Below, one piece after another: positions 27,538 through 36,049 of a stretch of DNA of 38,847 nt. A program made the translations under genes and the position numbers. Under the pieces are notes generated by a model. It did no database searches and was not told where the DNA came from. It saw nothing but the letters and a program-made list of their open reading frames with translations. The stretch is from Candidatus Levybacteria bacterium GW2011_GWA1_37_16 (lineage in GTDB: Bacteria > Patescibacteriota > Microgenomatia > Levybacterales > UBA12049): positions 1-38,847 of the forward strand of contig CALRDJ010000003.1 of NCBI GenBank assembly GCA_943354875.1, given 5' to 3'. The stretch's first letter is position 1. Each line of letters starts with the position of its first letter.

Positions 27538-27923
27538 CGTGATTTAGAGCTTCGTATAAGTCCGTTTGTTATTTTATGAACAATTATCGCTTGTTCTGCA
27601 AGTTTATCATAGTTTTCTTCTGAAATGAAGCCAACGTCCCTGGCAACTAATAGTTGATTTTGAAGTTCAGTAATTGACCCGAGAGATATTGAATAAAACT
27701 GTGTTTTTTCTTTGTAAGATTGTCTGCTAAAGCCTTCCGCAATATTCGAGGTTATGGATATGGCGCATCTTCTCATCTGGCTAACTAGGCCGAAAAGCTC
27801 TTCTTTGGGAAATGTTCCCGTAGTCGAATAAACCATCAAGACTAATTTATGTCCTTCTTTCCAAGCATTCAAATCATGGAATGTCCTAATCCTGCTTTCC
27901 GTAATTCTTAATTCATGCGTCAT
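27528..27923 (-). CDS. four helix bundle protein (23S rRNA intervening-sequence protein family)
   Basis: FHDLNAW, FPKEELFGLVSQMRR, SITSNIAEG, GSITELQNQL. ATG 27923 avoids overlap with the upstream gene. Confidence 0.9.
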   Translation of the reverse strand: MTHELRITESRIRTFHDLNAWKEGHKLVLMVYSTTGTFPKEELFGLVSQMRRCAISITSNIAEGFSRQSYKEKTQFYSISLGSITELQNQLLVARDVGFISEENYDKLAEQAIIVHKITNGLIRSSKSRNS

Positions 27924-27930
27924 AATTCTT
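27886..27930. repeat. inverted 7-nt repeat array (TAATTC type), 5' flank of four-helix-bundle gene 1
   Basis: GTAATTC TTAATTC ATGCGTC ATAATTC at 27901-27928 plus weaker upstream units; complementary to 27511-27537. Confidence 0.65.
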
Positions 27931-27936
27931 GCGAGA

Positions 27937-29292
27937 TCACTTTCCAAATCCCGGGATTTTTAGGATGTCTACTCCTACTACTTGGAGGATGACGAGGGCA
28001 AAGATCATAAACAGAAGTCCGATGACAGCAGAGGTGAGTGTCTCTCGTGCTGCTTTTAGTTTTTCAGGGTCTCCCTGAGAGGTCATAAATCGATAGCCAG
28101 TAGCGATAATTATGAGAAGGAGTATTCCCCCTGCTAGGCTTAGGATGATGGAGAAGATTTTTTTTACAAAATCAGCGGGATTTGTATCGATATCGCCTAT
28201 GGCCGTATTTACCTTCTTGCATTGATAGGTTTTTCCTCCCCATATATCTTTTCCTTCAACCAGGCTATTTTCTGCGCAAGGAAGCTTCATGGTTTGAGGT
28301 CTGGCTGGATCTGGGAGCTTGAAGTCTCCGGCGTTGGCTCTGGAGCATTGAGCTGTTCCTGGCGCAGGGGGTCCGGGGGTAAAGTTTAAGAGGATGCCAT
28401 TTGTATCGCAGTGGGTGGTGGCTATAGAGAGCCCTGAAACTTTATTAAGGCCTAAGGTAAATACAGTGAGGACTACATTTGCTACATCTCCTACATATGT
28501 AGGTCCGTTGCTGAGGACTGTACTCATCTTTTCTATGCAGAACTTTTTACTGCCTACCTCATCTGTCGAGTTTGCAGGGATGGGAAATTCATCGAATATC
28601 GTCTGATTTTTTTTAGTAGTAAATGCTGGTTGGGCAAAGACACCTCCTTCCCACCACCACCAGTAAGTGGTTTCGGGAGATAGATTAGTGATTCGTGAAA
28701 CTTGAGCTACTGTTCCTGCTTGGAAGGTGCATGCATTTTGGGTTACGACGTCTATTTTCGGTAGCGTGGCTTGTGATGCAGTGGGTTTTTTTTTACCAAC
28801 TTGTATGGTAGTTTCGCCAAGAAAGTATTTTTTATCAGTACATTTGCGTATATCAGTAGTCTTACATATGGCTATGGTCCATGGTTGATCTGGGAATTCA
28901 TCTCCAGTAACAAATGATCGTATTCCCGTAAGTCTTTCATGCAACGGCCCTATTAAGCTAATGTCAGTGGTTAATTTGGTAGCAGAAGATGGGGTAACCC
29001 AATGATGGTCAGGTTGACGCGTGACTAATATTCCGCCGCCTTCTTTAAAAAAATTTTCAGGAAACCCTCCAATCTTTGGGTAGGCAAGGACATAATAAGA
29101 TCCTGCAAACGAGCAGTCAGGGTCGCCAGAAATGGTAATACTCATGGTTCCGCTAAAGGTTGCTGGTAGTGGATCGTTGCCAAATAAAGTGTCTGTTGTG
29201 AGAGTGCAGGCGGCATGTGCTGTCGAAGGAGTGCTCAGGAATGTGGAGATTACGAAAAATAACGATAGTACGACAGGCAGAAATCTTCTCAC
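27937..29292 (-). CDS. large exported Cys-containing domain fused to a C-terminal VirB2/TrbC-like pilin
   Basis: Signal peptide (VRRFLPVVLSLFF...TAHA) from GTG 29292; C-terminal VNTAIGDI...GYRFMTSQGDPEKLKAARETLTSAVIGL. Confidence 0.75.
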   Translation of the reverse strand: MRRFLPVVLSLFFVISTFLSTPSTAHAACTLTTDTLFGNDPLPATFSGTMSITISGDPDCSFAGSYYVLAYPKIGGFPENFFKEGGGILVTRQPDHHWVTPSSATKLTTDISLIGPLHERLTGIRSFVTGDEFPDQPWTIAICKTTDIRKCTDKKYFLGETTIQVGKKKPTASQATLPKIDVVTQNACTFQAGTVAQVSRITNLSPETTYWWWWEGGVFAQPAFTTKKNQTIFDEFPIPANSTDEVGSKKFCIEKMSTVLSNGPTYVGDVANVVLTVFTLGLNKVSGLSIATTHCDTNGILLNFTPGPPAPGTAQCSRANAGDFKLPDPARPQTMKLPCAENSLVEGKDIWGGKTYQCKKVNTAIGDIDTNPADFVKKIFSIILSLAGGILLLIIIATGYRFMTSQGDPEKLKAARETLTSAVIGLLFMIFALVILQVVGVDILKIPGFGK

Positions 29293-29338
29293 CTCTTCAT
29301 CGTAGCGCAAAAACAGCAGGAATTGCAAGCAACGTAAC

Positions 29339-29436
29339 TAGACGGTAGAAGGTGGAGAGTTGAAGATAAAGCTTTGACGGTAGAAAATAGATGGTAGAAG
29401 ATAGAATTTTGAAGATTGAAGATGGAGCATAGAATG
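29339..29436 (+). repeat. 14 x 7-nt degenerate tandem repeat (TAGAAGA-like)
   Basis: TAGACGG TAGAAGG TGGAGAG TTGAAGA TAAAGCT TTGACGG TAGAAAA TAGATGG TAGAAGA TAGAATT TTGAAGA TTGAAGA TGGAGCA TAGAATG. Confidence 0.85.
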
Positions 29437-29450
29437 AATACAATGAGATT

Positions 29451-29813
29451 GTGATCAGAAGTTTTAAAGACTTAGAAGTTTACCAAGAGTCATATGAACT
29501 TGCTATTTTGGTTAACCGAGAAGTTAACAAATTGCCACTTTTTGAACGAAATGACCTAGGATCGCAACTTCGGAGAGCATCAAAATCCGCGCCTTCAAAT
29601 ATTGCAGAAGGCTGGGCTAAAAGAAGGTTTGAAAAGCAATTTAAGCTACATTTGGATTCAAGCATAGGCTCATGCAATGAAATGGAAGTTCATATAAGCA
29701 TGGCGAGAGATTTAAGTTTTTGGAAAAAAGATTTTTGTGAAAGTCTACTTCAACGATACTTACTGCTTGGTGGGAAAATAACCAACTTAAGAAATAATTG
29801 GAAAACGTTCTAA
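29451..29813 (+). CDS. four helix bundle protein (23S rRNA intervening-sequence protein family)
   Basis: IRSFKDLEVYQ, LPLFERNDLGSQLRRASKSAPSNIAEG, GSCNE. Confidence 0.9.
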   Translation: MIRSFKDLEVYQESYELAILVNREVNKLPLFERNDLGSQLRRASKSAPSNIAEGWAKRRFEKQFKLHLDSSIGSCNEMEVHISMARDLSFWKKDFCESLLQRYLLLGGKITNLRNNWKTF

Positions 29814-29883
29814 TCTACCTTCTACGTTCTATCTTCAAGTATCTATTCTCCATTTTCTATTATCTACCGTCTACGGTCTATTG
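29814..29883 (-). repeat. 10 x 7-nt degenerate tandem repeat, inverted relative to 29339-29436
   Basis: On + strand: TCTACCT TCTACGT TCTATCT TCAAGTA TCTATTC TCCATTT TCTATTA TCTACCG TCTACGG TCTATTG, starting immediately after the stop codon. Confidence 0.85.
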
Positions 29884-29918
29884 ATATTGTCAGTTTTTTG
29901 TATCGTTTTCGTGTTCTT

Positions 29919-29983
29919 GTCAGAGATTCGTGTCTATTAGTGTGGTTTGTCGTCAAGCGTGTTTACGCTTCTTCGTGTATCTT
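29919..29983 (+). promoter_or_regulatory. GTCAG...GTCAAG-N20-TATCTT promoter, copy 3 (middle box degenerate)
   Basis: GTCAG 29919, GTCAAG 29952 (33-nt offset as in copies 1 and 2), TATCTT 29978-29983, ATG 29991. Confidence 0.5.
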
Positions 29984-29990
29984 TGTGTTC

Positions 29991-32942
29991 ATGGGAGAGC
30001 AAGTTATAAGACCAGAATCGTTGACAAGTCAGCCTCATCCCGCATATGCTAGAGGTGGAGATATTTCTATGCCCATAGACAACACTGGAGACACACGAAG
30101 ACCTCCTCGTCCGAGAACACAGGAAGAAGTTATAGCCGCGATGCCTCGCAGAGAGGGTTATGAGGTAGCAGAAGAAATGGAGAGGGCAGAGCGTGAAAGA
30201 GGTGAGCGGGTAGCTCGAGAGGCCTCTCGAGCAGGGCCTCAGCAAAGACCGCGACTTGCGGAAAACATGCGGCCGATATCTGGGGGAGCGAATGGAGTAC
30301 ATATCCAAGCAGATGACATCCAGGATCCCAGGATCAGAAGAGAGTTAGAGCGATTAAATAATTTCATGGATGTAAACGATGGTGTTCATGATACGACGCT
30401 TCTTCAGGAAGCAGACAAGCACATAGGGCGTTTAGAGGGGGTAAATCCTGCAGATCGATCAAATGCATTGAATCGAATTCGTGCGGAGCAGGTTGCAGCG
30501 CGCCAGCACATGGAGCAGGAAGCATTAAGACATAAACCTCAGCGTAACAGGCGGGAAGAAGAGTCAGATGATCTAGATTTTCATCCAACTGATTTTTATG
30601 GAGCAACGAAGCTCTCAAAGAATGAGATAGAGAATATTCCAAAGTGGATAGAACAGATGATTAAAACTGTTCGTGATCGTTCAGAAGCTCATGGTGGAGA
30701 CCACGGTCTTCACGCAGTGAGTGGTGACCTAGAGCACAATGATCTAGACCAGCTGTTTAACCGCATGTTTAGGAGGGTAGATAATTCTCCCCGTGAATCA
30801 TTTGAGCATGCATTTGGACAAGTCGGTAGTCAGGAGGAAACAGAATTTTTTACTCAGATCCAGCAATATCGCTTTCAGCTCCAGAAGGAGCATAAGCATG
30901 AAGAGTCGGGCGTGGTCGAGCAGATAATCCACAAATATGAAGTAGAGAAGAGTGCGCGTAGCACACTCCATAATGCTTACTATATCGCTGATTCAGGACG
31001 AGAGATGAAAGACTTCGTCGGATTTATCGCGACGTTCGCCTCTGAATATGCAGATGCGGCATTTCAAAACGCTCCTGAAGTAGAAGCAGCAGTGCGTGTG
31101 CGTGAGCAGGTCTTATTTCAGATAAAGCGGGAAAATAATGGATTTATTCCTCACTCGGTCATCGCCTTTAATCCGAAAATTTATGGATCAGAATTTGATC
31201 ATCGTGCTAAAGCTATGATGCGTACGATGAATGGTAAGAAGCTTTTCGGGGATATACTCGGAGAGTGGAAGATAGATCGGGCCTTGGAGCTTTCTCGAGG
31301 ACTTGGTATGGTCACCTGGCGGTATTTGGAGATCGTAGCAGAGTGTCCACTCCCTGATATTAATGGATCGAATAAGGCTCAGCAAAGTATTCCATGGGAG
31401 CTCATCACGTGGGACATGAATCCGATGGATCATAAAGTAAAGAGGTATCGTATCGGTCGACAGATGCAGTCAATTCTGATCGCAGGAGGAACGCGTACAA
31501 AACAAGGCATGTGGGATAAAAATGAATTGTCAGGCGCATTAGAGCAGTACGAGATAAGCAAGAATATCGATGAGAGTTCCGGGTTCGTAAGCGGTATGGA
31601 CCGGAATAACTTATTTAAAATCGGCGGACCCTTTACGCACACGGGATGGCGTACATTCGTAGCTGCGATGGATGAGAATATGGAGGGACTGGAGCCGATG
31701 CTTGAAAACGATCCGGGAGTAGCGATAAAACTGTTATTCAATAGATATCATGACCACGATCAGGTAAAAGAGCGTGACGCATTTTTAAAAAGTCCAGGTG
31801 TCGCAGGATTATCGACTGCAGAGACAAAACGGCTGTGGGATGAGGAGAAAGAGCGAACAAAGGACGCTGCAAACGAACGGTGGAGTGATGACGATGCGAA
31901 TGCTTTTAAATCGACCACTGCGCGTATTCCACACGTGATGCTTCGTCTCATCACAGACCCTGGATATAAGCTTTTAGATCCAGAAGAGAGGACGAAGTTG
32001 ATGAGAGATATTTTTGGAGATCGCGTGAATCAACCTGGTTTTCAGGAGTACTACTCAAATGTAGAAACACAGCTAACGATCGCAAAGGAAGGACTCCTCA
32101 AAAGGAGAAGGGAATATATAGCTGAGAAAGAACGACGAGAAAAGGCACATGAAAGCCTAGAGGGCTTAGTGTTTAAAAACAGATTAGTGGATGATCCGGA
32201 TGATCCGGATGATGATTTTAAGCTTATTACTGATGATGGTCTGCGAGACCAGGCGATAACGCTTCATCGGGTGATGACTGACCGTATGGATAACGATGAT
32301 ACGTTAGTGGAGAAGATTATAGAAAAGCATAAAGCGCGTGGATTTATGTTCGCGATTACTGCTGAGGATATTCCTTGGGGAGAATTTGCCTATCGAAAAA
32401 CTGGAGGTCGAGGATTTTTCACTCGAAAAGCAAATGATAACATGGCAGACAAGGGTGCGACCGATGAGCTCATGAATATCCTGAAGAATATTAAGCAGTT
32501 TAAGAAGCCAGAGCAAATATATGAGTCTATCTATAAGATGTTCATGGCTGCTGAGACACATGATCTTGATCGGGCACAGGATGCGGTGATATTCGTTCTA
32601 AAAGGTATTATCCGGGTATATCAAAAAGATGGAATACTGAAGATACCTATCTTAGGAGATTTAGAGAGCGCTCGAAGACAAGCGACTGGTCAGTACGAAG
32701 GAGACTCTCTCGCTCAGGATTTCTATGGGCGAAGTATTGCTCCGGCGTGGGATGACGATGCTATTTATAATCTTATATCGATGTTCCAGCCTATTCTCGA
32801 AAAAGATCAAATAGAGGCGCTTCGAAAAGAAGTCGGGGCGACTTTAGGGAAAGCGTTGTGGGCTAAGTCAAAATTAGCAATATACTTAGGTCTTATAACG
32901 TTTATGCTGGAGTTTTTTAACAAATTAACGAAGACGAAATAA
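29991..32942 (+). CDS. large helical hypothetical protein with C-terminal membrane anchor and RPISGGA motif
   Basis: Start moved from 29898 to ATG 29991; highly charged; single hydrophobic tail LAIYLGLITFMLEFF followed by basic residues. Confidence 0.85.
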   Translation: MGEQVIRPESLTSQPHPAYARGGDISMPIDNTGDTRRPPRPRTQEEVIAAMPRREGYEVAEEMERAERERGERVAREASRAGPQQRPRLAENMRPISGGANGVHIQADDIQDPRIRRELERLNNFMDVNDGVHDTTLLQEADKHIGRLEGVNPADRSNALNRIRAEQVAARQHMEQEALRHKPQRNRREEESDDLDFHPTDFYGATKLSKNEIENIPKWIEQMIKTVRDRSEAHGGDHGLHAVSGDLEHNDLDQLFNRMFRRVDNSPRESFEHAFGQVGSQEETEFFTQIQQYRFQLQKEHKHEESGVVEQIIHKYEVEKSARSTLHNAYYIADSGREMKDFVGFIATFASEYADAAFQNAPEVEAAVRVREQVLFQIKRENNGFIPHSVIAFNPKIYGSEFDHRAKAMMRTMNGKKLFGDILGEWKIDRALELSRGLGMVTWRYLEIVAECPLPDINGSNKAQQSIPWELITWDMNPMDHKVKRYRIGRQMQSILIAGGTRTKQGMWDKNELSGALEQYEISKNIDESSGFVSGMDRNNLFKIGGPFTHTGWRTFVAAMDENMEGLEPMLENDPGVAIKLLFNRYHDHDQVKERDAFLKSPGVAGLSTAETKRLWDEEKERTKDAANERWSDDDANAFKSTTARIPHVMLRLITDPGYKLLDPEERTKLMRDIFGDRVNQPGFQEYYSNVETQLTIAKEGLLKRRREYIAEKERREKAHESLEGLVFKNRLVDDPDDPDDDFKLITDDGLRDQAITLHRVMTDRMDNDDTLVEKIIEKHKARGFMFAITAEDIPWGEFAYRKTGGRGFFTRKANDNMADKGATDELMNILKNIKQFKKPEQIYESIYKMFMAAETHDLDRAQDAVIFVLKGIIRVYQKDGILKIPILGDLESARRQATGQYEGDSLAQDFYGRSIAPAWDDDAIYNLISMFQPILEKDQIEALRKEVGATLGKALWAKSKLAIYLGLITFMLEFFNKLTKTK

Positions 32943-32973
32943 CTTTTTATAGAGCTGATATACGTCTCTCGCC

Positions 32974-34800
32974 TTATCCCATATCAACCAAGTCATCTCC
33001 TATTGTGCCCATGGCAGGCATAGATTTGGTTGGACCGGAGTGACCAACTGCATTATCAACTTTTTCTCCAAATCTCATTTTCTGTAGGAGTAGTCCAAGC
33101 GGCGTGTGGGATTTCGATGGATCAATGAACGCAGAGAGAGAGCTGTATGGACTACTGAGTGAATGCCAGGCGCTGCTGACTACGCCAGGACCTACTGCAG
33201 CCGCCTGGAGAATAGAAGGAGTGTATTTGAATTGAGAAGCTTTGAATGTATCGCGCATAATATTTACCACCTGAGGAGCTAGGAGAATAAGGCCAAGTCC
33301 TACAAGTGCGCCAATGCCGTTGGTCGTGCTTGGGTTGGCAATCATGGGAGGGACAAATGTAGTCTCTGGATTAGCACTTGCGAAACTATTTATCAAGACT
33401 CGTCCCATGAGAAAAAGCCCTATGGTGACGGGAAATACAGATGAGTATGCTGCCATGTCACGGAGCCACGCACCGAAGTTAAGTGGAGACCCGGGGAATA
33501 CTCCCGCCATAATCCAAAACGGTGAGAAGATAATATCCAGAAGAAGAAAGACATATGCCTGGAGAAGCTGGAGCCAGAGGCGAAACAGTGACCACATTAT
33601 CGCAATAGCGAGGATGAGCCCAGTGAGAAGAAATCCGATCGCATTTAATATTTGAGGAGCAAAAGCAAAAAACCCAGCTGCCATCGCAGCGCCTATGGTA
33701 GCTCCTATAGCGTCTTTTAATAATCCGCCGCTAAAGTTGGCCACGATAGACGCCATAAGAACTGGTACTCCGATAGTGGCGCCAACACCAGTAAGCGAGA
33801 GAGCAGTTGCGACGAGATTGGCAGCTTTGGTGCCAAACGTATATCCAAGTGCGAAGCCAATTCCTCCGACGATGGTTCTCCCGATGGCAGTTTCTCCTAC
33901 TGGTTGGAAAAAATCTCCGCCTGTCTGAGCGGCAGGTCCTACCAGGCTGAGAAAGCCGAGCTTATCTCCTCCTACGCCTCCTATGGCATTTGCTGCGGTG
34001 AAGGGATTGGTGGCATTGGTGATCGTGGTAAGACTGGGTAAGTCATCGGCAAGTTTTTTATCAGCCTGGGAGATGATATTTGCAGAGAGATATATGGTGG
34101 TATACATCATGTCGATGATAAATCCAGAAATCGAGAATGAAAAAGTGACGAGAAGGAGGCTGACAATCATCTTCGGTATTTGGTTCTCGATAGTCATGAC
34201 CGTGCGTGGATCGATCTTAAACCGGAGCATGATAGCAAATCCTACGACTAAGAAAACGAGAGTAAATAAGAGATATACGATATTTCGAAATGCCATCCAC
34301 AGACTCATGATCGGTTGTAGTCCGCAAAATCCCTGCCCGTGGAACTTTAGTAAATCTGGAGTGCAGGGATCAGCTGCATAGGTTTTTTTCGCAAAGCCGA
34401 AGTTCCCAGCGAGGTGATCGAAGTATTGGTGGGTATGTACGGGAATATTGAATGTCATGCTGATGAGTCCAGTCATCATGCCGATAGCGCCTTTACTGTC
34501 TTCTACATATCCCAATTTTCCAGTTTTCGTATCGATGCCGAGGCATTTGGCGGTAGGGCTCGTGGGATCTTTTCCAGTCAGTGCGCACTGAGCAGCAACC
34601 ATAACTTCGATAAAGGCGTTTTGGGTATAGGTGTGCATGTTATGAGGAACATCTGGATTCGTATCCATCTTGTTCGGCACAGAGTTAGTGGTGGGCGAAG
34701 GAGTGGTCTGGGCGAAGGAGGGGGATACGGCTAGTGGCGTATAGCAGATAGCGAGTAGGATAAAACTAAGAGCGAGTTTTTTTAGGGCAGGGAAGGTCAT
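32974..34800 (-). CDS. VirB6/TrbL-like polytopic membrane protein
   Basis: Signal peptide ending PSFA, LWMAFRNIVYLLF, IPKMIVSLLLVTFSFSISGFIID, IFSPFWI..GVFPG, WLR; start ATG 34800; T4SS context. The family call is inference. Confidence 0.65.
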   Translation of the reverse strand: MTFPALKKLALSFILLAICYTPLAVSPSFAQTTPSPTTNSVPNKMDTNPDVPHNMHTYTQNAFIEVMVAAQCALTGKDPTSPTAKCLGIDTKTGKLGYVEDSKGAIGMMTGLISMTFNIPVHTHQYFDHLAGNFGFAKKTYAADPCTPDLLKFHGQGFCGLQPIMSLWMAFRNIVYLLFTLVFLVVGFAIMLRFKIDPRTVMTIENQIPKMIVSLLLVTFSFSISGFIIDMMYTTIYLSANIISQADKKLADDLPSLTTITNATNPFTAANAIGGVGGDKLGFLSLVGPAAQTGGDFFQPVGETAIGRTIVGGIGFALGYTFGTKAANLVATALSLTGVGATIGVPVLMASIVANFSGGLLKDAIGATIGAAMAAGFFAFAPQILNAIGFLLTGLILAIAIMWSLFRLWLQLLQAYVFLLLDIIFSPFWIMAGVFPGSPLNFGAWLRDMAAYSSVFPVTIGLFLMGRVLINSFASANPETTFVPPMIANPSTTNGIGALVGLGLILLAPQVVNIMRDTFKASQFKYTPSILQAAAVGPGVVSSAWHSLSSPYSSLSAFIDPSKSHTPLGLLLQKMRFGEKVDNAVGHSGPTKSMPAMGTIGDDLVDMG

Positions 34801-34803
34801 ACG

Positions 34804-34870
34804 ATGAATTATGAAGTAGGGATCACGAATCATGGAAAACCATAATTCATAATTCTTTATTCATGATTCC
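34804..34870. repeat. gene-less inverted pair of 7-nt arrays
   Basis: ATGAATT ATGAAGT AGGGATC ACGAATC ATGG, loop, CA TAATTCA TAATTCT TTATTCA TGATTCC; 34843-34869 is a 26/27 match to the reverse complement of 27511-27537. Confidence 0.75.
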
Positions 34871-34928
34871 AATTACAGTGTGGAATATTTGGGAGAAAAA
34901 GTCAACGCTGAGAGCGGAAACGGATACT

Positions 34929-35106
34929 CTATGCTATTAAGCTTTTAATTTGCTCTTTGAATGGAGATAGATCTTTTTGAACGACCTCCCATATAAGTTC
35001 TAAATCTAGTCCAAAATATTCATGGACAATCTTATCTCTCATTCCTGCAATCTCTTTCCATACTCTCCAAAATATGTCTAAGAAAGACTTGTGGATCCTT
35101 TTTCAT
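34929..35106 (-). pseudogene. HEPN/DUF86 (HepT-like) toxin with internal deletion and frameshift
   Basis: MKKDPQVFLRHILES is fused out of frame to WKEIAGMRDKIVHEYFGLDLELIWEVVQKDL (R-x4-H motif); ATGA overlap with the MNT gene. Confidence 0.85.
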
Positions 35107-35393
35107 AAAATTTGTATTTGGTCTTTCTGAATATATACTTTTAAGTATGGAGAAATAGATTTGTATGTTAATAAATCAATCTTTTTCCCAAGCGCTTCCT
35201 GCAATTTGTTCTCAAGCCCTATTAAATCAAGAAGACTTTTTCCTTTCGGAAGTTCCACGAGTACATCAATGTCGCTGTCTTCTGTTTCTTCTCCGCGAAC
35301 ATATGACCCAAAAAGAGAAGAGCGTGTAACGCCTGCTTCTTTCAGGATGGGTAAGGCTTTATTTTTAATATTGTCTAAATTTGCTTGCGTCAT
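35103..35393 (-). CDS. minimal nucleotidyltransferase (MNT) antitoxin
   Basis: LFGSYVRGEETEDSDIDVLV (GS-x10-DxD), LGKKIDLLT. Confidence 0.9.
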   Translation of the reverse strand: MTQANLDNIKNKALPILKEAGVTRSSLFGSYVRGEETEDSDIDVLVELPKGKSLLDLIGLENKLQEALGKKIDLLTYKSISPYLKVYIQKDQIQIL

Positions 35394-35495
35394 AAAGATA
35401 TCACCTTTTTGATTATATCAAACCTGAAAAGAATTTCTCTCGAGGAAAAAAGTCAACGGGACTTACGGTAATTGTTTCGGAAATAACAAGTAAAT

Positions 35496-35623
35496 CGTCA
35501 TTGCGATCCCGTTTAATCGGGAGAAGCAATCTCAGGACCTGACGGCAGACCCGCTTCGACGCGAGGTGAGCAAACCAGAGATCGCCACGTTTCCCCGCCT
35601 TGGCGGGGATCCTCGCGATGACG
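35496..35623. repeat. CGTC-tagged REP-like palindromic dimer
   Basis: CGTCATTGCGATCCCGTTTAATCGGGAGAAGCAATCTC (35496-35533) with partner GAGATCGCCACG...CTCGCGATGACG (35578-35623); first unit nearly identical to 26791-26829. Confidence 0.75.
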
Positions 35624-35648
35624 TGACTTTGTTTAGTAATTACGTCTA

Positions 35649-36047
35649 TTACTCACTCTTTTTAGAGTTTTTCGATAGCCACGAAGAAATTTCTTCAACT
35701 TTCATATCTTCCTTCTCGATTTGTAATATAAACTGTACTAAATTTTTTTGTTTCACTTCCAGGGAATAGTTATTCATCTCTAAAAATAAAAGTGTGGTGG
35801 CCGTAGCAGTTCTTTTATTTCCATCGACAAAAGGATGATTCATGATCAAGGAGTGAAGCAGCGATGCGGCTTTATGAAAAATAGAGGGATACAAATCTTC
35901 TCCATCAAAACTAGATTGTGGTCTGAATACTGCAGATTCTAAAAGTCCTAAATCACGTAAGCCGTGACTGCCGCCATATCGTTCAATTTGGTCTGTATGT
36001 ACGGTAATGACTTGTTCGAGGTTAAGAAAGTACGTATGAGAAGTCAC
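35649..36047 (-). CDS. doc: Fic/Doc family toxin
   Basis: YGGSHGLRDLGLLESA, HPFVDGNKRTA. Confidence 0.9.
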   Translation of the reverse strand: MTSHTYFLNLEQVITVHTDQIERYGGSHGLRDLGLLESAVFRPQSSFDGEDLYPSIFHKAASLLHSLIMNHPFVDGNKRTATATTLLFLEMNNYSLEVKQKNLVQFILQIEKEDMKVEEISSWLSKNSKKSE

Positions 36048-36049
36048 TG

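Noticed and set aside
27528-29813. Diversity-generating retroelement (Avd-like genes near pilins)
   Set aside because: No reverse transcriptase in the window, and I found no ~100-nt TR/VR pair differing at adenines.
29339-29883. CRISPR array
   Set aside because: Units are 7 nt, contiguous and degenerate with no spacers; no cas genes.
32190-32216. GATGATCCG tandem repeat (DDPDDPDDD)
   Set aside because: Short in-frame low-complexity duplication with no further signal.
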